The position numbers and the translations under genes were made by a program. A stretch of 64,000 nucleotides of DNA from a virus (taxonomy: Duplodnaviria > Heunggongvirae > Uroviricota > Caudoviricetes): IMG/VR virus record IMGVR_UViG_2541047680_000004. The stretch is one strand, 5' to 3'. Numbering within the stretch: position 1 is the first letter of the stretch; each line of letters opens with the position of its first letter. Positions 55,568 to 64,000 of the stretch are shown here, piece by piece. A model generated the notes under the pieces. It worked only from the letters and a program-made list of their open reading frames with translations. It did no database searches and had not been told where the DNA came from.

Positions 55568-58500
55568 TTACAGAAGGCCAATTCTTACTCGTAGGACGTT
55601 GTTATCGTCATAAACGTCAATCCGCTGACCATTTATGACCAGTCGCCCATTACCCCCGCTATTACCGTTGATCTCAAGCGTTCCATTTTTGCCGAACCGC
55701 CATCCAGATCTACCGCTAACAAAATTGGTAGATTGCAGATCGCCTACTTTTGCATTGGTGATTGTGCCATCCTTGATATACGCACCATTCATATAGGCGA
55801 TACTGTTTTCGATAACAAATGGCGTGGTGATCTTCCCGTTAACAGAGTTGACCAAACCAAACCTGTCAGCCTGCACCAAAAACTGAGAAAGGCCAGTGGT
55901 GTCGATACCAAGCGCAATACCAGCAACATACTTCTGCCCTCCGCTCGTTGAAGTTTCCATTTTCAACGTCCACGCGGTTGACACTTTTTTGTTGGTATCA
56001 GCAATAGCTGTTGCCTGCTGTTGAATTGTCGCGGTATTTCCATCCACCTCTGCTTTCAGAGTATCGATTCGCCCACTCAGAGCATTATCTGCCTGCGTTC
56101 TCGCTGTCGTTTCAGTTGTTACCGCCGCGGAAATGTTGGCTGCCGTTTGAGACTCTAAGTTTGTGATTTGAGTCGCCAATGCAGCATCTTGCTCTGTACG
56201 CGTTTTCGTTTCGGTTGCTACAGCCGCTTTAATATCCTCTTTGTATTGAGAGGTCAGCTTGGTGATCTGAGACGACAACGCCGAGTCAGCATCAGTTCGA
56301 GCCTGCGTTTCAACTGCAACGGCCGCACTAATATCTTTCGCTGTCTGTGCTTTTAAACTTGAAACCTCTTTTGTTAAAGCGGTATCACCATCAGCACGAG
56401 CCGTTGTTTCTCTGGCAAGAGATGCCTCGAGATCATTAGCTTTTGCTGTAAGAGACGAAATCTGAGTGGACAATGCACTATCGGCATCAGTCCTTGCCTT
56501 TGTCTCTACAGCAACCGCTGCGGCAATATCAGTTCCGGTTTGTGCTCGCAGGCTGTTAATTTCTCGTGAGAGCGCCTGGTCAGCACTTGCTCTGGCCTCC
56601 TGCTCCTGAGTGATGGCAGCGGATATATCACCGTCAACCTTTGACTGAAGCTGGTTTATTAGTTTGGCTAACGCAGAGTCCCCGCTTGCTCGGGCCTCCT
56701 GCTCACTACGTATTGCAGCAGAAATATCATCATCAACCTTTGCCTGAAGTTGGGTGATCTGGCTTGCCAGAGCCGAATCTTCCGTTGCTCGGGCTTCTTG
56801 CTCTTCCTTAATAGCTGCGACGATATCGTTGCTTACTTTCGACTCAAGCTGAGTGATCTGTGTCGTCAGAGCTTCATCGGCAGATGTGCGAGCCTCCTGC
56901 TCTGTACTAATCGCCGCGCTGATATCTCCTTCAAACTTAGATTGCAGCTGAGTGACACGCTTTGCCAACGCTTCATCGCCATCGGCACGAGCGGTGGACT
57001 CTTCCAGAATACTGGCCTTAATGTCTTCGCCAATTTCTACGCGAATTTCCTCAACCTTCGTGGCCATTGCAGACATATCATCAGCAAAGGTTTTCTGTGT
57101 TGTTGCGATCTTCGCGTTATTGACCATCTGCTTGTGCTGGTCTTCATCTTGACGAAGAGCCAGGTCAATATTTGTTTTGGCTAACGCCTCAATGTTCGTA
57201 GTCAGTTCTGCACTGGCACGATCGACCTCTGCAACCGTCTTTTTCATTTCTTCAACGGCAGCGGAGCTTTCCTCTACCGTTGACTGCAACACTTCCAGTT
57301 GTTTAGCGTTTGCAGCATCGCCTTCAACACGAGCCTCGCTTTCCTTAGCAATAAGAGCCGCCGCTTCATCTCTTGCAGCCTTTATTGCCTCGACTGTATT
57401 AGCGAGAGCTTTATCGTGTTCAGATACGGTGTTTTCGATTTCAACAATTGCAGCATCAGTGGCATCAATTTTTTCAAACGCTTCATTGACCTTGTCGATC
57501 GTTGCCGAAACCTCACCTTTAAGCTCGGTTTGTGCGTTCTCCAAAGCATCGCTACGCTCGTTGAATTTTATTTCAAAACCCGCGAGGTTATCGCTGAACT
57601 GCTTATCTAATTCAGCTATATCTTCCTTAACGTCGTTTACCGACCCCTCCAAAGATTCGACGCTCTGGTTGATATGCTCATTTAACTCGTCAACTGCTTC
57701 TTGAGAGGCTTTGCTGTTGATGTCCTCAAGCAGAGCCTGACCAAGCTCGGAAGATGTAATTTTGCCAGCCAGGAACGACAGTACATCGCGAGTTGTCGCC
57801 TCTGTACCCAAGTTTGAGTTCGGAGGGCTTAACATACCTCGCTTGTTCGATGCTCGAACCCAGTAATACCACGTTTCGCTATCCCCAAGACCAGCATGTG
57901 TAAAGGTGGTGCTTGCAGACTCTGCGATCAGTTTCGCCGTATCCAGATTGTTGGTCTGGGATGCGTAAACATTAATGTGATCAAGGTCTACCGAATCTGG
58001 ATTAACCCAATTCAGTATCACATTACGATAGTCTCCAACGGCCGTTAATGACGTTGGGGCATCCGGCGGTGTCATTGTGCCCAACACCTGATAAACGGTA
58101 CTGATAATCTCTGTTTTTTTACCGTTGAATGAAACCGCATACAGTTGGAAGTCGTAGCGTCCATTCTCCGCGACATTAACGATTTCGTATTGCTCTTCGG
58201 TTACACGCGCCGATTGCCAGTTCGATACATTGTTTTCATCAGAACGTCGCCAACTGATCCAATACTCTGGAGATTTTCCTTCCCATGTTGCAGTCAGTTT
58301 TACTGACAGGTTGCCCGGGCTTGAGAGATAAGTCCCTTCAGTGATTTGCAGATTAGATGGCTTGGAGTAAGTTGGGTCCAATACCGTCGTATTCTGCGGG
58401 ATCAGCGTTGCACCATTGTCGATTGCCTCATATTTAGACGGATTGTTCTCAACAGCGGTGATGTCAAAGCTACCCGGCGTTTCCCCCTGCGCGATGTTAA

Positions 58501-60298
58501 CGATGCGAACGCGCATAGGTTCGAGATCTGGTTCTGTAATTGTCCAGACACCGTTCAAAACAGGCGTTTCCGCTGACGACAGGGCTTTTGAAAACGTAAC
58601 CTTTGTTATGTTTTCGCCAGTTTCAAGAACATCGCGTTCAACGATTTTGCCTTCCTGATTCAATATCCGAATAAAGCTGCCGCTTTTAGCTAACGACACA
58701 GGCGCATCGAGAGTGATGCTGTTTTTGGTAAACTCCACAATTCGACCGGAGTTACGTTTACCTGCACGATATTTGTTCTGAATCAGAACGGTTTCACCGG
58801 GCATCAGAAATGAGGCGTCTAAGCCGGCAGTAAATGTAATTACATCCGACTCCATTCTGGCGGTATACAAAAGCCACAAACCAACTCGGTGAGCCTGGCC
58901 TCGGCTTGTACATCCAAATGCTACGACTTCTGTTTTACGCTCACCATAACGGCGCATTGCGTCCTGATCTTCAACGTACTCGATGTTTTGCTTATAACCG
59001 TCCTCCTTGTTGTTGTAGGTTACGAGCGCAACGGATGGGCGATCTTTACGCGCAGAACCTTTATAGGTAAACAGTCCATCTTTGACGTTGGAGTTGGTAA
59101 ACATCATTACCGGATCTGATGGGCTATCCTGCATGATGTTAACCATGCCACCAGCCCAAAACACCATGCCGCGGAATGCACCGGCAATATCCTGAATTAA
59201 TCGGTATGCGTCTTGTCGACTGGTGATCTGCGTATTGATTGCAAAGCGTTTCTCTTTACCCCCAAAGCCATCATCGACCTCTTCGTCACAATATCGACCA
59301 ATCTGGTAGAGCTGGCCGAGGTCAATCATGGATTCCGACACAAATTGCCCAAGACCATACCGAGTATTGGTAAGCAAATCGTAGAGAATCCACGCAGGGT
59401 TTGAAGAAGACAACAGCTTAAAAGTACCGTCCCATACGCCGACATAAGTATTGGTGTATTCGTTGTAGTTTGACGGTACTCGGATTTTGATACCGCGCAC
59501 CAAATACGAACGGGAAGGCATTGTGCTACCAAACTGCTCTGAATTGACCTTCAAGCCAACAAGAGCAGAGTTAGGGTAGTTCATTGGCGTGTCGACAATC
59601 TCACCGATGGAATCAACCCATGTGTCGTTGTAGAGGTACTGGCTACTATTATCATCTGTAAGACGAATCACCCTAACCTTGTATGCACGACCAGGCTTAG
59701 GCAGTTTCAGCTCATAGCTACGGTAATACACGCCGGTTTTCTTTGCCGTTAGCGTGATATCAACGCTTTTCTCACCTTCTGCCACTACATCAGAAAATGT
59801 TGCGTCTGCGTTGGCGATCTGGAATTTGTACTTCACCGTAGTGCCATTTGTATCGCCAGAGCTTTTATCAACGCTACGTAAAGAGGGGAATTTCATGATG
59901 ACACGAACGCGATCAGCTTCATCGTTATCGATTGAAACCGTAACGTCGTGTGTTTTTTTAAGCTGAATATTTACGGACTTAGGCGTTTCGACAAAATCAA
60001 AACCAGCCATTGGCGTCTGATCTTGTGAGCCGTCACGAAAATCCCATGTAATACCGCTGAAGTTGGAAGAGCCATCTTCATTCAAGATCGGTAAATCGTC
60101 GATGAAGATCGACTTTGCGCCATTTACCAGGCCACCGATAACCCCCTCGCCAAGAAGGTCGAGGATGGCTGCCATAGCACGAGAATTGACAGTATCATCA
60201 GCTTCAACCGGGGTACGGCTGGAGCTTTTACTTTTCTTGCCACCAGCACCGGCAATAAGAAGCGGTAATTTTTTCTTCTTGAACTGTTCCATGTCCAA
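55568..60298 (-). CDS. lambda J-like central tail fibre / tail tip protein with C-terminal coiled-coil repeat array
   Basis: N-terminal and central regions align in motif order with lambda gpJ (SRSYLVRGIKIRVPSNYN, WDGTF, FGCTSRGQAHRVGLWLL, fibronectin-like segment); about 12 tandem 29-aa repeats in the C-terminal third. Confidence 0.8.
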   Translation of the reverse strand: MDMEQFKKKKLPLLIAGAGGKKSKSSSRTPVEADDTVNSRAMAAILDLLGEGVIGGLVNGAKSIFIDDLPILNEDGSSNFSGITWDFRDGSQDQTPMAGFDFVETPKSVNIQLKKTHDVTVSIDNDEADRVRVIMKFPSLRSVDKSSGDTNGTTVKYKFQIANADATFSDVVAEGEKSVDITLTAKKTGVYYRSYELKLPKPGRAYKVRVIRLTDDNSSQYLYNDTWVDSIGEIVDTPMNYPNSALVGLKVNSEQFGSTMPSRSYLVRGIKIRVPSNYNEYTNTYVGVWDGTFKLLSSSNPAWILYDLLTNTRYGLGQFVSESMIDLGQLYQIGRYCDEEVDDGFGGKEKRFAINTQITSRQDAYRLIQDIAGAFRGMVFWAGGMVNIMQDSPSDPVMMFTNSNVKDGLFTYKGSARKDRPSVALVTYNNKEDGYKQNIEYVEDQDAMRRYGERKTEVVAFGCTSRGQAHRVGLWLLYTARMESDVITFTAGLDASFLMPGETVLIQNKYRAGKRNSGRIVEFTKNSITLDAPVSLAKSGSFIRILNQEGKIVERDVLETGENITKVTFSKALSSAETPVLNGVWTITEPDLEPMRVRIVNIAQGETPGSFDITAVENNPSKYEAIDNGATLIPQNTTVLDPTYSKPSNLQITEGTYLSSPGNLSVKLTATWEGKSPEYWISWRRSDENNVSNWQSARVTEEQYEIVNVAENGRYDFQLYAVSFNGKKTEIISTVYQVLGTMTPPDAPTSLTAVGDYRNVILNWVNPDSVDLDHINVYASQTNNLDTAKLIAESASTTFTHAGLGDSETWYYWVRASNKRGMLSPPNSNLGTEATTRDVLSFLAGKITSSELGQALLEDINSKASQEAVDELNEHINQSVESLEGSVNDVKEDIAELDKQFSDNLAGFEIKFNERSDALENAQTELKGEVSATIDKVNEAFEKIDATDAAIVEIENTVSEHDKALANTVEAIKAARDEAAALIAKESEARVEGDAANAKQLEVLQSTVEESSAAVEEMKKTVAEVDRASAELTTNIEALAKTNIDLALRQDEDQHKQMVNNAKIATTQKTFADDMSAMATKVEEIRVEIGEDIKASILEESTARADGDEALAKRVTQLQSKFEGDISAAISTEQEARTSADEALTTQITQLESKVSNDIVAAIKEEQEARATEDSALASQITQLQAKVDDDISAAIRSEQEARASGDSALAKLINQLQSKVDGDISAAITQEQEARASADQALSREINSLRAQTGTDIAAAVAVETKARTDADSALSTQISSLTAKANDLEASLARETTARADGDTALTKEVSSLKAQTAKDISAAVAVETQARTDADSALSSQITKLTSQYKEDIKAAVATETKTRTEQDAALATQITNLESQTAANISAAVTTETTARTQADNALSGRIDTLKAEVDGNTATIQQQATAIADTNKKVSTAWTLKMETSTSGGQKYVAGIALGIDTTGLSQFLVQADRFGLVNSVNGKITTPFVIENSIAYMNGAYIKDGTITNAKVGDLQSTNFVSGRSGWRFGKNGTLEINGNSGGNGRLVINGQRIDVYDDNNVLRVRIGLL
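56000..57300 (-). repeat. tandem repeat array of roughly 87 bp inside the J-like gene
   Basis: Repeating DNA units encoding ...DISAAI.(E/T)EQEARA(S/T)(A/G)D.AL...I..L..K... ; boundaries approximate. Confidence 0.6.
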
Positions 60299-60309
60299 AA
60301 AATCCTTGA

Positions 60310-60900
60310 TTACATAAGCTGGTCGATGGTGATAGAAGAACTCACGACCTGTGAGCCAACTAAAATTTCCTCGCCATAGATAAGCTGTACAGGGTTCCCC
60401 TGGTTTGTTGTGTTTTGAGGTCCATCAAAGTAATAAGAGTTCGAGTTATCCGCCTGCCTCACACTTTCGTTAGTGGCTTGCGGAGATATGATTTGCGCTA
60501 TACCGCCCATCATCAGTGACAAACCGAGAGGCGCAAGAGCGGGCACCCATATCGAGGCAACCATTAATACTGCTCCAACAACCGTCTGAAACCATCCAAA
60601 AGCAGATCCACCACTTCCTCGCGGAACAGGGGTAATGCGGATTTTTGCAATATTGTCAGACTGCCCCATCATCTGATATTCACTCTCGTCCACAGACCAC
60701 TTGTGGCCCTGTTTATTGGTGATCTGGATGTGGTATCTGTCATAGGTTTTGATATTGCGCTTCATCCATGCTTTAAACCCAGGCTTGTTGGCCTCAATTA
60801 AATCCAGAGCCTGTTTTGTATTACGCACCTTTAGATGCCAGTGGCGGCCAAAATGTTTGGCCATAGGGCCGCCAAGCTGCACATGAACTAACTCAGACAC
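60310..60900 (-). CDS. tail assembly protein (lambda gpI-like)
   Basis: 196-aa protein with hydrophobic stretch, positioned between K-like and J-like genes as in lambda. Confidence 0.55.
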   Translation of the reverse strand: MSELVHVQLGGPMAKHFGRHWHLKVRNTKQALDLIEANKPGFKAWMKRNIKTYDRYHIQITNKQGHKWSVDESEYQMMGQSDNIAKIRITPVPRGSGGSAFGWFQTVVGAVLMVASIWVPALAPLGLSLMMGGIAQIISPQATNESVRQADNSNSYYFDGPQNTTNQGNPVQLIYGEEILVGSQVVSSSITIDQLM

Positions 60901-61712
60901 GTCTCATCTCCCTTGAGCAAGTCTCTGTGACGCAAGTGATGCGTCGTATGTTTCTGATACATCCCGCCGTAATAAGCACGACAACTAAGGCGGTCGATCT
61001 GGTGATGAAGAATCATTCCATCGCCGATATAAACCGCACAGTGGTCAGGCATTTTTCCGTATTGGATAAAGAAGACGTCCCCACGTTGAGGTTCTGTTCC
61101 GGGCGCAAGCCGTACCAATCCTTCGTTTCGGTAGTTCTGATCGAGAATGTCGTTATCGCCGGTGTACCACGATGGAATATGCAGGTGTGCGTTCGGGTTT
61201 AGTTCGACGTTAAACTCACGCTTCAAATAGTCCCGACACAACATCCAGCAATCAAATACGCCAAATACATACGGTCTGCCCAGGTATGGCATTTCGAAAC
61301 CATCAGGTGTGATCACATTCATCTCGCTAAAATGGAAAGGGGCATCTCCCTCAACATTCTTGCGAATAGCCAGAATCATCCACGGAACTTCCGTCGCTTC
61401 GCAGCCTGCACGATCGGCATAAGATGCTTCTGCTGATTCATCAGTATGTGAATGCCAGATTGCGATAACATCACCCGCATCCTCTGCCGCCATAATGTCG
61501 TCAACGTGCATTACAAAAGTGTTCTGCGGGTTCTCCGAAACATTCCGCGCTTCCATAAAGCGATATTTGTCGCCATTAGTTCTAACCAGAAAGCCACACG
61601 CTTCATTAGGGTAGCGATTTATGGCGCAGAGATAGATTTGCTGCATAACGTCAGAGCCAAGCTCAGGGATTGCTTTATTACCCATACCGCGTAGCTCCAA
61701 TAAATCCGCCAA
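60888..61712 (-). CDS. tail assembly protein (lambda gpK-like; MPN/JAMM + NlpC/P60)
   Basis: JAMM-like HSHTD motif and C-terminal NlpC/P60-like Cys/His region; 274 aa. Confidence 0.7.
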   Translation of the reverse strand: MADLLELRGMGNKAIPELGSDVMQQIYLCAINRYPNEACGFLVRTNGDKYRFMEARNVSENPQNTFVMHVDDIMAAEDAGDVIAIWHSHTDESAEASYADRAGCEATEVPWMILAIRKNVEGDAPFHFSEMNVITPDGFEMPYLGRPYVFGVFDCWMLCRDYLKREFNVELNPNAHLHIPSWYTGDNDILDQNYRNEGLVRLAPGTEPQRGDVFFIQYGKMPDHCAVYIGDGMILHHQIDRLSCRAYYGGMYQKHTTHHLRHRDLLKGDETCLS

Positions 61713-62409
61713 AATGGATCACACCGTCGGCAAAATAATTCCGACGCGCATTACAGGCGTCATAACGTTTTGTGCAGTAATCCGCACCAGACATAGACGT
61801 CTGCTGGTTATTTTTGTCGAAATATGGACCGGTATAGCCGCATTCTGGCCCTCGGTATTTCCACGGGCAGGTGTTTTTAATGATCTGACGATACGGCAGT
61901 TGCACCCCCATCAAATCGAACACACTGGACAATTCAAACTCGACAACCTGATGAGTTTCGAGAGTTTTCTGTTCGATAAACCACATTTCATCCGGGAAAT
62001 GTTGGTTTGGATCTGCTGTTGGGTTGCCGTCTTTAAAATTAACGGCATCGAGGAAGCGAGCCAGCGTCATCTTGCGAATAATGCGGCAGCCAACAAGATC
62101 GTCGTTCGCCTGAACTTCCGCAGAGACGGTTCCGGCAAAGTTCGATACCTGAATTTTTGGACGTGGCAACGTTCCCTGGCCAGTTTTGTCAAAGCCTGAT
62201 GCTTTGATTGGCCACGGCTCGTATGTCACTCCTTGCCAGACGACCGGTTGCATCAGTTCGTTTGTTCCGGCGTGGAAGAATAGCTTCCCCCCTGAAGTTG
62301 TGTTCGACATATCCAGTACGAACAACTCAATGAGTGCAGAGGGAGATAAGCTCTGAATATCAGCTTTAATTCCCATTGTTTCATCCTTGAAATAAGTAGG
62401 CGCTAACAT
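61678..62409 (-). CDS. minor tail protein (lambda gpL-like)
   Basis: 243 aa with C-terminal Cys cluster (CPWKYRGPECGY ... C ... C) like the gpL iron-sulfur region; synteny M-L-K-I-J. Confidence 0.65.
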   Translation of the reverse strand: MLAPTYFKDETMGIKADIQSLSPSALIELFVLDMSNTTSGGKLFFHAGTNELMQPVVWQGVTYEPWPIKASGFDKTGQGTLPRPKIQVSNFAGTVSAEVQANDDLVGCRIIRKMTLARFLDAVNFKDGNPTADPNQHFPDEMWFIEQKTLETHQVVEFELSSVFDLMGVQLPYRQIIKNTCPWKYRGPECGYTGPYFDKNNQQTSMSGADYCTKRYDACNARRNYFADGVIHFGGFIGATRYG

Positions 62410-62458
62410 CCTGTCAGCGCCACAATGATAGTAAATTAGTACTTACTTATCCAGATAC

Positions 62459-62794
62459 TTAAGCCTCAAATACTTGTCTGAATGTAGCAGTTAAGACACA
62501 GTACCCCTGATATCGCTTGACCGTATGACTGTCACATACAACTACAATCTGCTTGCCTCTTGGATTAACCCAATAGAACGATTCAACACCTGATCGCTCA
62601 GTCAGGAAGTCATCGATTGCATTAATTTCGTTGTATGATCTGGTAAAGGTTAACGACCATTCTTCTTTAATACGATTAAGACCTTGAGCCTGTCGCTGCT
62701 CGTAGTCATCACCAAAATTAAGTACCGTTACATTCGGTTTTACGCTCTTTTCAGATTCGTAATCTGGATACCAATTAAACGTTTGTCTTTCCAT
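62459..62794 (-). CDS. minor tail protein (lambda gpM-like)
   Basis: 111 aa; FGDDYEQR and SFYW segments parallel lambda gpM (FGDGYSQR ... SFLW); immediately downstream of tape-measure gene. Confidence 0.65.
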   Translation of the reverse strand: MERQTFNWYPDYESEKSVKPNVTVLNFGDDYEQRQAQGLNRIKEEWSLTFTRSYNEINAIDDFLTERSGVESFYWVNPRGKQIVVVCDSHTVKRYQGYCVLTATFRQVFEA

Positions 62795-62836
62795 CTCACA
62801 TCCTTGTGAGACTGCCCCGGTCGGGGCAGTCGATAG

Positions 62837-64000
62837 TTAGTTACGTTGAGTGTTTGGGTTGAGTGATCCGCCAGGGCGTTTCTCTTGAGCGATAGTCTCA
62901 AGCGCGATTGCTTTCATCCGTTGAGCGGCATTGTTCCATATGCTTTCTGTATCGCCGGATTCTGTCGTGCTACCGTCACTATGGACGTTGATCTCAATTG
63001 ATACAGGAGAAAGAACATTTCCGCCTCCACTCATACCATCGGTACTGAGCGTTACAGGGATTGTTCGGCCATCAGGCAATGGAACATACGCCTCATTCAT
63101 AGAACCTTCCCCAAACAACGCTAATTGAGGCGAGTTAGCAATACCGCCTTTCTGGTATGCCCCGAGCGGGATCACGCCGTCTTTTCCGAATATTCCTCCA
63201 TTTGCAAACTTCGGGATTGCAGGAATGCCTTTAGTTCCGTCAGCCACACTGCTGGTTGCGGTTTTAGCAGAGCTTGATGTCACGCTGTCGAAACCACCGC
63301 CAGCCCAAGCTGAAACAAGACCAGATGCAACCGTTGCTCCAAAACTCAACCACTTATTACCAGAGCCGGAAGCATTAGCTCCAAGCATTGCAAACGCGGC
63401 AGACAGCGCGCCGGTAACAGAGCTGAGGTTCTGCATCGAGAAGATGGAGTCCTTCACGGCTTTTGTCTCGGCATCTTTGGCTTCAGTGCTATCAAATAGC
63501 CCTGATACCCAGCTACCAATCGCATTTGTTGCAGTGCCAATTGCGCTGGTGGTCTGCTGTGTTGTTTGCCCCAATCCAGTTACCGAACTGGACGTCTCCT
63601 TCGTGGCTTCTCCTACCGACTTGTCGCCGTTAACAGTGTTGCCCATTCGTACCCCTTGATTGGCAACGGCGGAAGCAACCCCGGTCAGCAAATTACCACT
63701 CTGTGAACTACCAGCTGCGGTGGTTCCCATCCCCAACATGTTCATTAGAGGCAGCGTGATTTGCGACTTCACGACCATATTGGTGATATCTTTCAAAATG
63801 GACTGAGATAGGCTGGAGAAGCTCATCTTCCCGTTAATAACGAAATCAGTCAGGACATCAGTTAAGCCACTAAACAAATCAGTCCAGGTGCTTTCGATCT
63901 GCTCTGCCAAGTTTTCGTATTCCAGTGCCAACTTCTGCGTCGCAGTCCCCGTCTCTTTAATAAGCGCGGTATTGCCAGCAGCAATCAGTTGATTGATTTT
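62837..64000 (-). CDS. tail tape-measure protein, C-terminal part (gene continues beyond window end)
   Basis: Open frame runs to the window edge; Gly/Ser/Ala/Thr-rich sequence typical of tape-measure C-terminal regions; upstream of M/L/K/I/J-like genes. Confidence 0.6.
   Translation of the reverse strand, partial: KINQLIAAGNTALIKETGTATQKLALEYENLAEQIESTWTDLFSGLTDVLTDFVINGKMSFSSLSQSILKDITNMVVKSQITLPLMNMLGMGTTAAGSSQSGNLLTGVASAVANQGVRMGNTVNGDKSVGEATKETSSSVTGLGQTTQQTTSAIGTATNAIGSWVSGLFDSTEAKDAETKAVKDSIFSMQNLSSVTGALSAAFAMLGANASGSGNKWLSFGATVASGLVSAWAGGGFDSVTSSSAKTATSSVADGTKGIPAIPKFANGGIFGKDGVIPLGAYQKGGIANSPQLALFGEGSMNEAYVPLPDGRTIPVTLSTDGMSGGGNVLSPVSIEINVHSDGSTTESGDTESIWNNAAQRMKAIALETIAQEKRPGGSLNPNTQRN

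Noticed and set aside
1-64000. Direct identification of the window as bacteriophage T5 itself
   Set aside because: Several features are T5-like (L-shaped fibre with chaperone domain, llp-like lipoprotein, nrdAB/thyA/folA block, tRNAs), but the replicative polymerase is DnaE-type and the tail tip is lambda J/I/K/L/M-like, and iteron/ParA/recombinase elements are present. I therefore describe it only as a large siphovirus-like phage, possibly a phage-plasmid.

Overview
This window reads as a contiguous segment of a large tailed-phage genome (siphovirus-like, lambda/T5-type tail genes), with almost all genes on the minus strand and tightly packed or translationally coupled. Calls rest on motif reading of the supplied ORF translations and manual inspection of the DNA; no database search or tRNA scan was run, and coordinates of DNA motifs and tRNAs are approximate (about +/-2 nt). 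Modules in window order: (1) nucleotide metabolism (P-loop kinase, DHFR, thymidylate synthase, MazG-like NTP pyrophosphohydrolase, NrdB, NrdA); (2) recombination and repair (RuvC-like resolvase, SbcC/SbcD-like pair, RecA-like recombinase, flap endonuclease, gp32-like SSB); (3) replication (DnaE-type polymerase, CobS/CobT-like AAA+/vWA pair, ATP-dependent ligase, primase, DnaB-like helicase); (4) a tyrosine recombinase with HTH regulator, glutaredoxin and at least four tRNAs; (5) a lysis cassette; (6) tail fibres, J/I/K/L/M-like tail-tip genes and the tape-measure C-terminus. The most unusual content is plasmid-like: 16 direct copies of a 16-bp iteron flanking a plus-strand Rep-like ORF, a ParA/small-ParB-like partition pair, and a lox/dif-like site (13-bp inverted arms, 7-bp spacer) next to the recombinase. 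Together these suggest a phage-plasmid (P1/N15/SSU5-like lifestyle; inference only). Other items worth follow-up are two palindromic motif families recurring upstream of many operons, an AT-rich membrane-anchored ORF on the opposite strand beside the tRNAs, a secreted Sel1-repeat protein, and an SPFH lipoprotein pair.
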